Positions 1 through 10,463 of a stretch of 32,000 nucleotides of DNA are shown piece after piece. A model generated the notes under the pieces. It saw only the letters and a program-made list of their open reading frames with translations. It made no database searches and was not told where the DNA came from. Each line of letters opens with the position of its first letter. Within the stretch, counting starts at the first letter, position 1. Position numbers and translations under genes: made by a program. Origin of the DNA: Chlamydiales bacterium (GTDB lineage: Bacteria > Chlamydiota > Chlamydiia > Chlamydiales > JAAKFR01); NCBI GenBank assembly GCA_041395025.1, contig JAWLBH010000001.1:870001-902000 (forward strand), read 5' to 3'.

Positions 1-1
1 T

Positions 2-898
2 TATCATCACAATCCAGTCTTAGCAGCGAAACGCTTAACTCCTTACCTTGTCTTCCTGATGTTTTTTATTTTATCGATTATTATTTTTTTTGGAGGTCTG
101 GCTCACTTTAGAATTGAGTTAGATTTATTCGAAATAGCACCAATCGCAGGGGGGATTGGGATCATTTGTGCCATGATTTCGATTATCTTAGTTAAAAAGA
201 TTAAAGAACCTCATGAACCTGTGCCTCGACATAATATTGGAGTCGAGATGGGTTTGAAAAAAGTACAAAAACATCTTCTTCGCGTGGAAGCCATATCACT
301 TGGATTAATGCAAGATAAAGTGAGAGATCTTCTTGAAGAAGTTCGACTTTTGAGTGACAAGATTGAATGCTCTGAAGTAGATAATGACTACATTCTAGTA
401 GAAAAAATTTTTATCTATCTTCAAATCATTATTGCTTGTTTTATGGCTTTTGCCCATGGGTCGAATGATGTCGCTAATACAATTGGTCCTCTTTCAGCCA
501 TTTTTAATATTATACAAGGGCAGACAATTCACGGAACAACCATTCCCTTTTGGTTACTATTTCTTGGAGGTATTGGGATTGTATTTGGGCTTGCTACCTG
601 GGGATGGAGGGTGATTGAAACCGTAGGTCGAAAAATTACTGCACTTACCCCCTCGCGTAGTTTTGCCGCAGGTTTTGGTGCAGCAGTTACAATTATGATT
701 GCCTCAAAGCTCGGTCTTCCTATCTCAACAACACATGTTCTTGTTGGTGCTGTCCTAGGTGTGGGTTTTGCCCGTGGAATTGGTGCAATTAATCTCAGAA
801 CAATCCGTGATATTCTCATATCATGGATGATTACCGTGCCAGCTGGGGCAATTTTATCAATATTTTTCTTCTGGATTATTAGTCTGATTTTTTCTTAA
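2..898 (+). CDS. Inorganic phosphate transporter, PiT/PHO4 family (C-terminal part; 5' end outside the window)
   Basis: The frame is open from nt 2 to the stop at 896-898, with no stop upstream of the listed Met at 59. The protein is strongly hydrophobic. 'FAHGSNDVANTIGPL' matches the G-x-NDVAN signature of PiT permeases, and 'STTHVLVGAVLGVG' fits the C-terminal repeat. Confidence 0.85.
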   Translation, partial: YHHNPVLAAKRLTPYLVFLMFFILSIIIFFGGLAHFRIELDLFEIAPIAGGIGIICAMISIILVKKIKEPHEPVPRHNIGVEMGLKKVQKHLLRVEAISLGLMQDKVRDLLEEVRLLSDKIECSEVDNDYILVEKIFIYLQIIIACFMAFAHGSNDVANTIGPLSAIFNIIQGQTIHGTTIPFWLLFLGGIGIVFGLATWGWRVIETVGRKITALTPSRSFAAGFGAAVTIMIASKLGLPISTTHVLVGAVLGVGFARGIGAINLRTIRDILISWMITVPAGAILSIFFFWIISLIFS

Positions 899-1202
899 CT
901 GTGTTGATAAAGAAACTCTCAGAAAAGAAAAAATTGAATGAAAAATTATGATGAGTTAGAGAGATTTTTAGCAAATTCAGACTGCTCATAATCGTAAAAT
1001 TTTAATTTAAAATCTGAATTATCATAGTAAGAAAATTTTATTTTATTCTGTGAATTTTAGAATTAATATGAATTAATTTTGAAAGAAAAATTAAAAATTT
1101 GGTAAATTAGAAAATTGACTTAAAACTTCAATGGCAAGATTTAAAGGATAACATTTTTCCTTTGAAGAGTTGCAAGGTGTTGATGACTATTTTGGATCTG
1201 TG

Positions 1203-2453
1203 ATGGAAAAAATTGAAGCAGCGATTCAGGCAATTGCAAGAGGTGAATTTGTCATTGTGACTGATGATGCTGATCGAGAAAATGAGGGAGATTTAATTCT
1301 TGCAGCTGAGAAAATGACAACGGACAAGATGACATTTCTTCTCAAGCATTCCAGTGGAGTTGTATGTGTTGCAACAACAGGTGAGCGGTTAGATCGTCTT
1401 CATCTTCCTCCAATGGTTAGCCATAATACTGAATCTCATCGAACAGCTTTTACCGTTTCTATTGATCTATGTCATCAAACAACAACAGGGATCTCAGCAG
1501 AGGATCGAGCAAAAACAATTCGTGCATTGGCAAATCCCTTGACTCAGCCTTATGAATTTCGTCGTCCAGGGCATATTTTTCCTTTAAGGTCTTGCGATGG
1601 AGGTGTTCTGAAACGCGCTGGACATACTGAAGCTGCTGTAGATCTTACACGTTTAGCTGGATTAGATCCTACTGGAGTATTATGTGAAGTTGTTAATAGT
1701 GACTATTCAATGGCACGCATGGCTGATTTAGAGCTCTTTGCTAAAAAACATTCTATCCCTTTAATTTCAATTGCAGATTTAATTTGTTATCGAAGAAGTC
1801 GAGAAAAACTTATTAAATGTGTTTCAAGAGCTCGTCTACCAACTTCTTTTGGCAATTTTATTGCTTATGCCTATGAATCAATCATTGATGGAGTACAACA
1901 CTTAGCCCTTGTGAAAGGAGAGGTAGCAGGAGAAGAGAATATCCTTGTACGTGTCCATTCAGAATGTCTTACGGGAGATATTTTTGGATCAAATCGTTGT
2001 GATTGTGGTTCTCAACTCCAACAAGCTTTGCAGCGGATTGCAGATGCTAAGAAAGGAGTATTGGTCTATCTTCGTGGTCAAGAAGGACGAGGGATTGGAC
2101 TAGGACATAAACTTCGTGCTTATAATCTTCAAGATGATGGATTTGATACTGTAGAGGCAAATCAAGAGCTTGGGTTACCAATAGATTCCCGTGAGTATGG
2201 AATTGGTGCGCAAATTTTAGCTGATTTAGGTCTATCAACGATTCATTTGCTGACAAATAATCCAGCAAAATATGGAGGGTTGAGTGGTTATGGATTATCG
2301 ATTACAAAACGCATCCCATTACCCCCCCTTCCGACGAAAGAAAATTTGCGTTATTTGCGTACTAAGCAAGAAAAGATGGGCCACCAGTTTAATATTGAAG
2401 AGATTATTGATGCAGAACAACAGATGGGTAGTGAGCTCTATAATAAAAGGTAA
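1203..2453 (+). CDS. ribBA: Bifunctional 3,4-dihydroxy-2-butanone-4-phosphate synthase / GTP cyclohydrolase II
   Basis: 'DDADRENEGDLIL' is the DHBP synthase motif and 'RVHSECLTGDIFGSNRCDCGSQL' is the GTP cyclohydrolase II zinc motif. I chose the ATG at 1203 (MEKIEAAIQAI...) over the listed TTG at 1170 by comparing with RibB N-termini. Confidence 0.93.
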   Translation: MEKIEAAIQAIARGEFVIVTDDADRENEGDLILAAEKMTTDKMTFLLKHSSGVVCVATTGERLDRLHLPPMVSHNTESHRTAFTVSIDLCHQTTTGISAEDRAKTIRALANPLTQPYEFRRPGHIFPLRSCDGGVLKRAGHTEAAVDLTRLAGLDPTGVLCEVVNSDYSMARMADLELFAKKHSIPLISIADLICYRRSREKLIKCVSRARLPTSFGNFIAYAYESIIDGVQHLALVKGEVAGEENILVRVHSECLTGDIFGSNRCDCGSQLQQALQRIADAKKGVLVYLRGQEGRGIGLGHKLRAYNLQDDGFDTVEANQELGLPIDSREYGIGAQILADLGLSTIHLLTNNPAKYGGLSGYGLSITKRIPLPPLPTKENLRYLRTKQEKMGHQFNIEEIIDAEQQMGSELYNKR

Positions 2454-2458
2454 AAAGT

Positions 2459-2890
2459 ATGAATCGTTATGGACTAGCTGTTGCTCGTTTTAATTCTCAA
2501 ATTACAGAAAGACTTTTAGTTGGAGCCCTTGATGGATTGAAAGAATGTGGTGTAGAAGAAAAAGCTATTGAAACGCTATGGGTGCCCGGAGCTTTTGAGT
2601 TACCTCTAATTGCAAAAAAAATGGCTCTCTCTCAACGTTGTAATGCAGTCATCTGTTTAGGAGCAGTGATTCGTGGTGAGACAAGTCATTTTGAATATGT
2701 TGCTCAAAGTGCTGCTGCCGGTATTCTTGAAATTTCTTTAACAACTAATATTCCAGTGATTTTTTCCGTATTGACAGTAGAAAATTGGAAACAGGCTTTG
2801 AATCGCTCTGGAAGCAAGGAAAACAATTACGGATATAATGGGGCTTTGTCTGCAGTTGAGATGGTGAATCTGATGAATACTTATAAATAA
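2459..2890 (+). CDS. ribH: 6,7-dimethyl-8-ribityllumazine synthase
   Basis: 'VPGAFELP' and 'LGAVIRGETSHFEYV' are lumazine synthase motifs. The gene starts 5 nt after the ribBA stop. Confidence 0.93.
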   Translation: MNRYGLAVARFNSQITERLLVGALDGLKECGVEEKAIETLWVPGAFELPLIAKKMALSQRCNAVICLGAVIRGETSHFEYVAQSAAAGILEISLTTNIPVIFSVLTVENWKQALNRSGSKENNYGYNGALSAVEMVNLMNTYK

Positions 2891-3236
2891 TTTTTTTTCT
2901 GGTGCTGATGCATTCCAAAATTTTATAGGTTTCTAAAATTGGCTTTGAAACAGTCAAAGATAAGGTATCTTCCTTTTCACTCTAATCATTGAATTTGATT
3001 TATTTTATAAATAATTAATGTTGGGAATCACGGATTTCTTCAACTGAACTAAATAATTGGCATTTAGAAGATAGAGAAGGAATGATCAATAGACCAGAGG
3101 CTTTGGTCCTAGTGAGAAAGTGGTTCAAGTTAAAAAATAAATTCAGATTTGTCAGAAAATAAAAATTCTTATTTTTTTTCTTCGAACTAATTTTCTTTTC
3201 TATATAATGCTTATTATAAATTTATATTTCCTTTTT

Positions 3237-5018
3237 ATGAATTCAAAATTTAGAAACATTGCGATTATAGCTCATATTGATCATGGGAAAACCACTCTCC
3301 TTGATGCTCTTTTAAAACAATCCAATCTCTTTCGGGAAAATCAGTCTATCCCCGATCGCATGATGGATTCTCATGATCAAGAGAGAGAAAGAGGCATTAC
3401 TATTTTTGCAAAGCATACGAGCTTGATTTACCAAGATTATACTATCAATTTTATTGATACACCGGGCCATTCTGATTTTTCCGGTGAGGTTGAGAGGGTG
3501 CTTGGGATGGTGAGTTCCGTGCTTTTGCTAGTTGATGCACAAGATGGTCCAATGCCACAAACACGTTTTGTTTTATCAAAAGCTCTTAAAATGGGACTCT
3601 CTCCAATTGTTGTCATTAACAAAATTGATAGGGTAAATGCAGATCCTGATAAAGCTCTTAATCTTACTTTCGATTTGTTTGTAGAACTTGGTGCTAGCGA
3701 TCAGCAGCTTGACTTTCGCTATTGCTATGCTTCTGCAATTGAAGGGTATGCATTCATGCATTTTGGAGATGCAAAAAAGAATATGTCTCCACTTTTTGAT
3801 CTAATTGTTGAAGCAGTTGAGCCACCACAAGATGATCCAACAGCACCTTTTCTAATGCAAGCAATGACAATCGATTATGATCAGTTTGTTGGACGTCAGG
3901 CTACAGGTCGTATTTTAGGCGGAAAAATTACAAAAGGACAAAAAATTCTTTGGAATGGAAATCCTGCTACGATTACTCGTATAGAGGGGTATCGTGGAAT
4001 GGAGAAGATTGAATTTGAAGAGGCCTTTGCTGGGGATATTGTCAGCTTATCTGGAATTCCTGATTTGATGTTAGGAGATACTCTTTGTGATCCAGCTCAT
4101 CCAATCCAGTTACCTCCGATTAAAGTTGATGAACCCACTCTTTCGATTAATATTATGGTGAATAATGGTCCATTTGTTGGTCGTGATGGGAAAAATGTCA
4201 CTTTTACGAAGATTAAAGAGCGATTGCTTAAAGAAAAAAAATCCAATATTGCCTTGCGTATTTTGGAAGGGACTGAGGAGATAACAGTTTGTGGAAGAGG
4301 AGAGTTACAACTGGCTGTACTTTTAGAGTCGATGCGTCGTGAAGGGATGGAAATGACTGTATCTCAGCCTAAAGTCATCACTAAAGAAATTGAAGGAGTA
4401 AAATATGAACCTATTGAGCGTGTTTATATTGAAACACCTGAAGAATATTCTGGAAATATCATCCAAGAACTTTCGAAAAGAAAAGGAGAAATGCAAGTTT
4501 TAAAAACCAATAAGAATGGAATCACTTCTATGGAGTTTCTGATCCCGACTCGAGGAACTATTGGGTATCGTAATGAATTTCTTACTGTCACAAGGGGATT
4601 AGGCATCATGACTTCTTTATTTGAGACATTTCAGCCATGGAAGGGGATGATTCCTAAAAGAACCAAAGGTGTTTTGATTTCAATCAATCAAGGAGTAGCT
4701 ACTGGGTATGCCATTGGGCAACTCCAAAAGAGAGGGACTCTTTTTGTTAGTCCTGGAGATGAGGTTTATGAAGGAATGATCGTAGGTGAACACAGCCGAG
4801 AAAATGATCTTGTTGTGAACATTACCAAAGGAAAACAATTAACAAATATTCGTGCAGCTGGTTTAGACGAAAATATTTTAATCATACCTGCTAAAAAGCT
4901 CACCCTAGAAGAGGCAATTGATTTTATTGAAAACCATGAGCAGATTGAAATTACTCCTCATTTTTTGCGCTTGCGTAAAAAGCATCTTAAAGAAGTCGAC
5001 AGAAAAAGGAAAGAATGA
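3237..5018 (+). CDS. typA: Translational GTPase TypA/BipA
   Basis: It has the G-domain motifs '[10 protein letters not shown]', 'DTPGHSDF' and 'NKID' and an EF-G-like domain layout of about 600 aa. The ATG at 3237 ([13 protein letters not shown]...) is preferred over the ATG at 3207. Confidence 0.92.
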   Translation: MNSKFRNIAIIAHIDHGKTTLLDALLKQSNLFRENQSIPDRMMDSHDQERERGITIFAKHTSLIYQDYTINFIDTPGHSDFSGEVERVLGMVSSVLLLVDAQDGPMPQTRFVLSKALKMGLSPIVVINKIDRVNADPDKALNLTFDLFVELGASDQQLDFRYCYASAIEGYAFMHFGDAKKNMSPLFDLIVEAVEPPQDDPTAPFLMQAMTIDYDQFVGRQATGRILGGKITKGQKILWNGNPATITRIEGYRGMEKIEFEEAFAGDIVSLSGIPDLMLGDTLCDPAHPIQLPPIKVDEPTLSINIMVNNGPFVGRDGKNVTFTKIKERLLKEKKSNIALRILEGTEEITVCGRGELQLAVLLESMRREGMEMTVSQPKVITKEIEGVKYEPIERVYIETPEEYSGNIIQELSKRKGEMQVLKTNKNGITSMEFLIPTRGTIGYRNEFLTVTRGLGIMTSLFETFQPWKGMIPKRTKGVLISINQGVATGYAIGQLQKRGTLFVSPGDEVYEGMIVGEHSRENDLVVNITKGKQLTNIRAAGLDENILIIPAKKLTLEEAIDFIENHEQIEITPHFLRLRKKHLKEVDRKRKE

Positions 5019-6067
5019 TGGAAAGATATTTTTCTCACTGGATTTGGCAAGTTTTATTCGTAACGGCTAGTACTCTTCTGATTGCGGGGACTGAGAAATT
5101 TTTTATGCGACGGGTTCGTCGTCGTAAAATGAATAGCATGTGGCAAAGTATTTTCATCGATTCTTTAGAACCTCCTCTTCATGTACTTATTTGGTTGATA
5201 GGGATGACGTTTGCTGCACAGATTTTAGAAGTAGAGATAGATGCAAAAATTTTCAATCTCATCGAACCTACCTGGTATATTGGTCTAATTTCGCTCATTG
5301 CATGGTTTTTGATTCGTTTTGTTCAACGAATCGAAGAGAATATTTTAACTATTAGCTGTAAGGTTGATAAAACTACAGCTGATGCAATTGGAAAGATTTT
5401 ACGGATTTCCATTCTTATTACTGCGACTCTTGTTACATTGCAAACCCTTGGAGTGAGTTTATCTGGTGTCTTAGCATTTGGAGGAATTGGAGGCATTGCG
5501 ATTGGTTTTGCAGCTAAAGACCTTTTATCTAATTTTTTTGGAGGTTTTATGCTCTATCTTGATCGGCCTTTTTCTGTTGGAGATTTAATTTCCTTACAAG
5601 ATCAACCTATTCAAGGGACTGTAGAATCTATTGGATGGAGATTAACACAGATTTTGAGTCTTGAGAAACGCCCTCTTTATGTTCCAAATCATATTTTTGC
5701 TACAGTCGCAATTGAAAACTTTTCACGTATGCGCAATCGACGAATCAAAGAGACAATTGGCATCCGTTATGCCGATGGGAATCAAGTGATTCCTATACTT
5801 AGAGAAATTCGTGAAATGTTTAAATTAAGTTCTGAGATTGATAAGAGTCAGATTTGTTTAGTTAACCTAGACGAGTTTGGTCCCTCCTCACTCAACCTTT
5901 TGATTCATCTTTTTACTAAAAAAACAAAATTAGAAGAGTTTCGAGCAGTAAAAGAAAATATTCTTTTGAAAATCCATGAAATTATCCTCTCTCATGGAGC
6001 TGAAATTGCTTTTCCGACTCAAACAATTCATCTTGTTGAATCAAAATCTTGCGATTGTAATGTCTAA
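5015..6067 (+). CDS. Mechanosensitive ion channel, MscS family
   Basis: N-terminal TM helices are followed by 'GIGGIAIGFAAKDLLSNFFGGFMLYLDRPFSVGDLI', which is typical of the MscS pore helix and beta domain. Its start overlaps the typA stop in an ATGA. Confidence 0.85.
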   Translation: MMERYFSHWIWQVLFVTASTLLIAGTEKFFMRRVRRRKMNSMWQSIFIDSLEPPLHVLIWLIGMTFAAQILEVEIDAKIFNLIEPTWYIGLISLIAWFLIRFVQRIEENILTISCKVDKTTADAIGKILRISILITATLVTLQTLGVSLSGVLAFGGIGGIAIGFAAKDLLSNFFGGFMLYLDRPFSVGDLISLQDQPIQGTVESIGWRLTQILSLEKRPLYVPNHIFATVAIENFSRMRNRRIKETIGIRYADGNQVIPILREIREMFKLSSEIDKSQICLVNLDEFGPSSLNLLIHLFTKKTKLEEFRAVKENILLKIHEIILSHGAEIAFPTQTIHLVESKSCDCNV

Positions 6068-6082
6068 ATTTGCTCTTCTTAA

Positions 6083-7162
6083 TTATTCTAAATAAGGGAG
6101 GAGTGCTTGGTACACTTCTTCAACGTTAATTTGTTTCATGCATCTAAAATCAATCGGACAGGTGCGTTTATAACAAGGAGAACAATCGACATGTTTATGA
6201 ATAACTTCACCATGGTGATAAGGCCCAGTTACCATTTCATTGGTAGAGCCAAAAAGGGCAAGAAGAGGGGTTTTTAGAGCAGCTGCAATATGCATGGGTC
6301 CACTATCATTGGTTAAGAAAACTGTACATTTTTTGATAAGAGCCATAAGTTCGCGTAAAGAAGTCATACCAGCAAGGTTTATGACCTGAGGAGAAATGTT
6401 GTCACAAATTTTGTCTACAAAGGAAGTATTCCCCTGGTCACCAAAGCATATCACATAGATCTTGGGATCATGAACTAGTTTTTCAATGAGACTGCGAAAC
6501 CGTGTAGGAAGCCAACACTTAGCTGGGCCATAGGCAGCATTAGGGTTAATGCCCACAATTTTACCTTCCCTAGGAATCCCACATTGTCTTAGAATTTCAT
6601 CAGCAGTAGATTGCTCTTCTTCTGTGACAAAGAGTTTGGGTTGAGTCTTAGAAATTGGGATATCAATCACTGTGAGAAGGCGTTTATAGGTTTCCACAAG
6701 ATGTTCTTTCCCTCGTTCTTTAGGGAAAGCGATCGCGTCGTTAAGGATAAAAGACCGCCAGTTTGAAGCAAATCCGATACGTCTTTTTACTCCTCCTCGC
6801 CAAAACCACCAAGCCGAAGAAAAAGAATTAGATAAAAGAATCCCAAGATCATATTTTCCTTGTCGTATTCTTTGAATGAGGTCACGGTTCATTGGGCGAC
6901 GCAAGAATTCATGAGGGCGAGAGAAAGTAAACATTTCATCGATATGAGGATGACCAATCAAAAGAGGAGCAATTGTTCCCTGGCACATTGCTGTTATTTT
7001 GGCTTTAGGCCATTTTCTATCAACATCCGCAAGAATCGGAGTTGCCATGACTAGATCTCCAATCCAATTAGGCATACGTATGAGAATATTATCGAACTCC
7101 AATTTTTGATTTTTATCTTCTTTACCAGGGTCGCGGAAGGGAAGCTGCGTATACTCTTTCAT
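6083..7162 (-). CDS. Glycosyltransferase family 9 (ADP-heptose:LPS heptosyltransferase-like, WaaF/WaaC type)
   Basis: The N-terminal 'ILIRMPNWIGDLVMATPIL' matches the GT9 'xxxxWxGD' start. 'NDSGPMHIAAAL' and the C-terminal 'CSPCYKRTCP...CM' are also seen in heptosyltransferases. Confidence 0.8.
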   Translation of the reverse strand: MKEYTQLPFRDPGKEDKNQKLEFDNILIRMPNWIGDLVMATPILADVDRKWPKAKITAMCQGTIAPLLIGHPHIDEMFTFSRPHEFLRRPMNRDLIQRIRQGKYDLGILLSNSFSSAWWFWRGGVKRRIGFASNWRSFILNDAIAFPKERGKEHLVETYKRLLTVIDIPISKTQPKLFVTEEEQSTADEILRQCGIPREGKIVGINPNAAYGPAKCWLPTRFRSLIEKLVHDPKIYVICFGDQGNTSFVDKICDNISPQVINLAGMTSLRELMALIKKCTVFLTNDSGPMHIAAALKTPLLALFGSTNEMVTGPYHHGEVIHKHVDCSPCYKRTCPIDFRCMKQINVEEVYQALLPYLE

Positions 7163-7308
7163 AATACTAAGATGATTTCAATATTCCTTGATAATTAGCA
7201 TAAGTTTTGTAAGGGTTCGATCAGCTGATTTGAGATGGGGTTTTTATAAAGACATGTTATGATTATTTTCCTTTATTCGCATTTGATTTATATACTGTTT
7301 TAGATAAG

Positions 7309-7315
7309 GAAGGAG
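7309..7315 (+). promoter_or_regulatory. Shine-Dalgarno (GAAGGAG) for the TTG-initiated coiled-coil ORF
   Basis: 'aaggaaggagcaagatTTG': the GGAG ends 6 nt before the TTG at 7322. Confidence 0.6.
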
Positions 7316-7321
7316 CAAGAT

Positions 7322-9097
7322 TTGGGAACAAGTGTCTATACAGAAGATGATTTAAAAAAAATCTTGAAAACTCTTTTTGCAGAAAAAAAGAGAGTAAAAG
7401 AGTTACAAAAACAGCTTGGGGAAAAGGGGTTGCAAAAAAAATTCCAGAATAAACTTGTCGATATTCATCACCTTGCGATGTCTGAAGAGTATACGGTACT
7501 TAGATCGGCTTATACTGCTAAAGATCATGAATGTCATGATTTGAGAAATAAGTTAGAAAAAGTACGCCCAGCTCTTAAAAAGCTAGTTGACACGTTACAA
7601 GAAACACGTCTTGAAATGGAGTCGTTAAAAGAGCAAAGAGAACATTCTTGGGATCAAATCTTTAAAGAGCGTTTTGAGAAGGTACAGGAACATGTTTCTC
7701 TGCTTGAAAAAGAACGAGAGAATTTTCTCTTTGAGAAAGAAAAATTAGAAAAAGATAAGCAAAAACTCGAAGAAGAAAAAACTCATTTACTCGAAGAAGA
7801 AAAAAACAATTTAGCTTATCGAGAACGCTTTCTTAAGCTAGAAGAGGATATGGATAGCCAAAAATTGTTATTCTCTAATCTTCAAAAAGAAAAAGAGATG
7901 GCTGAGATCGCTTTGGATGAAGCGAAAAGCATTCTTGTAGAAAAAGAACGAGAATTAGAAAGAGCTTGGGTTAGTGAACAAAAAGATACTACCCGATTTG
8001 AAACTGAAAGAAGTCGTCTTGTTGAAAGATTAGCTGAAGGTTTAAGCCAGATAAAAGATCAGACTGAGATTATTAAAGATCTACGCGATGAAAATGCGAA
8101 TCTTCAAAGTAGATATCAAGATAGGGTAGAAAAACTCAAATATTGCGAAGAGCAAATCATACAATTAAAGGAAAAGGAAAAATCTTTAATTGAAATTTCA
8201 AAAGAAAATGGGGAATTAAAGGGTGATTTATCCAAATTAGAGGAAGAGTTTGAGCGTAAGCAACAAGAATTCTCTTCTCAAGTTAGCGATTGGTCCGCAC
8301 GTGAAAAGCAAATCGAAGAAATGGAGAAAGAATTAATAAAAACTCGTATTCAACTGGAAGAAAGTGACTTAAATGTAGTTCGTGAGGAATACGAAGCAAA
8401 ACTTGTTATTTCTCAAAAAGAGTATGAAAAGACATTAGATGATTTAAAGGCTAAGTATGAAGAGACAAAAGATAAGGTAACTACACTAAATGAAGAGCTG
8501 CATCATACTCTTGAAGATAAAGAAAAGTTACTTGAGAAATCCTATGTGAAAATGCGGGAATTATCTGCTAGACATGCGGATATGATCGAAGAGATTGGGA
8601 CAGTTTCTAAGCGATTGGAAGAAAAAAAGCATGATTTGACTTGCCTTGAAAAAGAATATGATTTGACAAAAAGTGCATTGCATAAAGCAAAACTCGATTG
8701 TGAAAATTATAATGCTGAAATTCATAAAGCACAGCAACATCTTGGCAAGAAAGTCAAAGAATCCACTATTTTGCAGGATCTTTCTGAAAGACAAAAACAT
8801 CAGATTGCTGAATTACAAAAAGTTTTAAATAAACAAGAAAATGAACTTGGACGCCTTCAAAATAGCCTAGACCTCCAGCAAATGCATGAGCAAAAACTCC
8901 AATCAATGGCTAATGAACGAACACAGGCAGCTGAATCTCTTGCTAAAGATTGGCAAGAAAAGTACCTGGTCCTTCAACAAGAATTACAAGAGAAAATTAA
9001 CCGGCTATCTGAACTTCAGAAAATGCAAGAAAACTATGATCAAATGGTAGAGACTGTTTCTAGTTTAAAACAAATTTTAGGTAAACGTGGAGAATGA
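7322..9097 (+). CDS. Large coiled-coil protein, function unknown
   Basis: This is a 591-aa ORF with extreme E/K/L/Q content and heptad-like sequence throughout (e.g. 'EKERENFLFEKEKLEKDKQKLEEEKTHLLEEEK'). It has no TM segment and no enzyme motif. A TTG start follows a strong SD, and the first in-frame ATG lies well downstream. Confidence 0.7.
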   Translation: MGTSVYTEDDLKKILKTLFAEKKRVKELQKQLGEKGLQKKFQNKLVDIHHLAMSEEYTVLRSAYTAKDHECHDLRNKLEKVRPALKKLVDTLQETRLEMESLKEQREHSWDQIFKERFEKVQEHVSLLEKERENFLFEKEKLEKDKQKLEEEKTHLLEEEKNNLAYRERFLKLEEDMDSQKLLFSNLQKEKEMAEIALDEAKSILVEKERELERAWVSEQKDTTRFETERSRLVERLAEGLSQIKDQTEIIKDLRDENANLQSRYQDRVEKLKYCEEQIIQLKEKEKSLIEISKENGELKGDLSKLEEEFERKQQEFSSQVSDWSAREKQIEEMEKELIKTRIQLEESDLNVVREEYEAKLVISQKEYEKTLDDLKAKYEETKDKVTTLNEELHHTLEDKEKLLEKSYVKMRELSARHADMIEEIGTVSKRLEEKKHDLTCLEKEYDLTKSALHKAKLDCENYNAEIHKAQQHLGKKVKESTILQDLSERQKHQIAELQKVLNKQENELGRLQNSLDLQQMHEQKLQSMANERTQAAESLAKDWQEKYLVLQQELQEKINRLSELQKMQENYDQMVETVSSLKQILGKRGE

Positions 9098-9189
9098 ATC
9101 AGATTTAACTAGATCAATAAAATAGGTTTGTTTCTTAATAAAAGTTTCTAATGTACAATTCAATCTATTGAATTAATAAAATAAAGATA

Positions 9190-9699
9190 ATGAGTGAAAA
9201 ATCTAAGCTAATTCTTGGCATTGATCCTGGCACCTGTGTAACGGGTTATGGTCTTATTCGTATGGATGAGAGACGTTTTTTCTCTGTTGTAGATTATGGA
9301 TCGATCTCTCCTCCTGCTGCTAAACCTCTTTCTTTTCGATACCGTGTGATTTATCAAGCAATTGAAGAATTGATCAATATACATCATCCTCAAGTAGTAG
9401 CAGTTGAAACTCAATATGTACATAAAAATCCTCAAAGTGCAATTAAGCTTGGCATGGCACGAGGCGTTGTCTTACTTGCAGCTGCTTTGCGAGATATTCC
9501 AATTTTCGAATATGCTCCTTCTCGTGCTAAAAGAGCTGTTGTAGGGAATGGAAATGCGAGTAAACAGCAAGTAGGTGGAATGGTGCAGCGCATTCTTTCT
9601 CTATCCGAGTTTCCTAAACCAGAAGATGCTGCTGACGCACTTGCCTTGGCCATTTGCCATGGTCAAACTTTAGGAAAAGAGACATGTATACCTATATAA
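9190..9699 (+). CDS. ruvC: Holliday junction resolvase RuvC
   Basis: 'ILGIDPGTCVTGYG', 'VAVETQYV' and 'DAADALALAICH' carry the RuvC catalytic acidic residues. Confidence 0.93.
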   Translation: MSEKSKLILGIDPGTCVTGYGLIRMDERRFFSVVDYGSISPPAAKPLSFRYRVIYQAIEELINIHHPQVVAVETQYVHKNPQSAIKLGMARGVVLLAAALRDIPIFEYAPSRAKRAVVGNGNASKQQVGGMVQRILSLSEFPKPEDAADALALAICHGQTLGKETCIPI

Positions 9700-10262
9700 A
9701 GGGAATTTTTGTTGAAACACTTCCAATAGGAGTGATCCTTGATGTGCAAGGCATTGGGTATCGCATTCTTCTTTCTTTTAAAGATTTAGGAAAGCTTCCA
9801 GCCATTGGTGAGGAGCTTCTTCTTCATACTTCTTTTATCGTCCGAGAACTTTCGCAAACGCTTTATGGTTTTTTATTAAAAGCAGAAAGAGACGTATTTG
9901 ATAGCCTTATTACTGTCACAGGTATAGGACCAAAGACAGGATTAGCAATCATAGGGCATCTTTCTTTAGGTCAATTGAAAGAGGCTGTTGAATCTCACAA
10001 TGCTGCTTGTTTAGCGAAGGTCCCTGGAATTGGGAAAATTACTGCTGAAAGGCTATTAATTGAGTTACAAGGACATTTTAAAAGCAAAATCTTTCCAAAA
10101 GAGATTGGTATGACAAATCAATTAAACGATGCTCTACAAGCGTTGATGCAACTTGGATATACACAGGTAGCAGCAGAAAAAGCTGTCAAAAGAGCTGCAA
10201 ATAATCTGAAAAGCGATAGTGATCTTTCTACATTAATTTCCGCGGCTCTCAAATATCGTTAA
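9684..10262 (+). CDS. ruvA: Holliday junction DNA helicase subunit RuvA
   Basis: It begins 'MYTYIKGIF...' and has the HhH motifs 'VTGIGPKTGLAI' and 'VPGIGKITAERL'. The ATG at 9684 overlaps the ruvC 3' end by 16 nt. Confidence 0.9.
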   Translation: MYTYIKGIFVETLPIGVILDVQGIGYRILLSFKDLGKLPAIGEELLLHTSFIVRELSQTLYGFLLKAERDVFDSLITVTGIGPKTGLAIIGHLSLGQLKEAVESHNAACLAKVPGIGKITAERLLIELQGHFKSKIFPKEIGMTNQLNDALQALMQLGYTQVAAEKAVKRAANNLKSDSDLSTLISAALKYR

Positions 10263-10463
10263 AATCTCTTAATTTGGATTAGAGTCTTACAACTAAAACT
10301 TGCGAATTATAGACCTCACATTTTGACTTAGATTAAATAATTTTAGAGCGATTTTTTTATTAAGAAACTCGTCATCACCTATTTCAGATAATAAATTTAT
10401 GGAACGATAATTTAAACATCTATAAAATCTCTTTCTCATCATCTATTTTTAAAGGAATAAGCT

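Noticed and set aside
529-819. Antisense or out-of-frame ORFs listed inside larger genes (e.g. 432-614, 529-819, 2047-2268, 3437-3761, 8561-8800, 9208-9653, 12185-12624, 12665-12886, 14882-15124, 16412-16680, 21553-21846, 24948-25130, 25364-26051, 26751-26996, 27268-27709, 27890-28180, 29395-29619)
   Set aside because: Each lies wholly within a well-supported CDS on the other strand or frame. They have low-complexity or odd composition and no motifs, which makes them typical shadow ORFs in AT-rich DNA.
899-1202. Possible FMN (RFN) riboswitch or promoter in the 300-nt AT-rich leader upstream of ribBA
   Set aside because: I could not find the conserved GC-rich RFN core helices. The region is almost pure A/T with no convincing stems. 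A TTGACT at about 1115 lacks a good -10 at the proper spacing. An Rfam scan would be decisive.
3092-3108. Hairpin GACCAGA-GGC-TTTGGTC in the ribH-typA spacer (possible terminator or sRNA)
   Set aside because: It has a 7-bp stem including a G-U pair and no downstream U-tract. It lies about 200 nt from the ribH stop, so the support is insufficient.
9157-9174. 18-nt palindrome AATTCAAT-CT-ATTGAATT, 16 nt upstream of ruvC (operator or terminator of the coiled-coil gene)
   Set aside because: It is entirely A/T-rich, the stem would be weak with a minimal loop, and no T-tract follows. Such palindromes are expected by chance in this composition.
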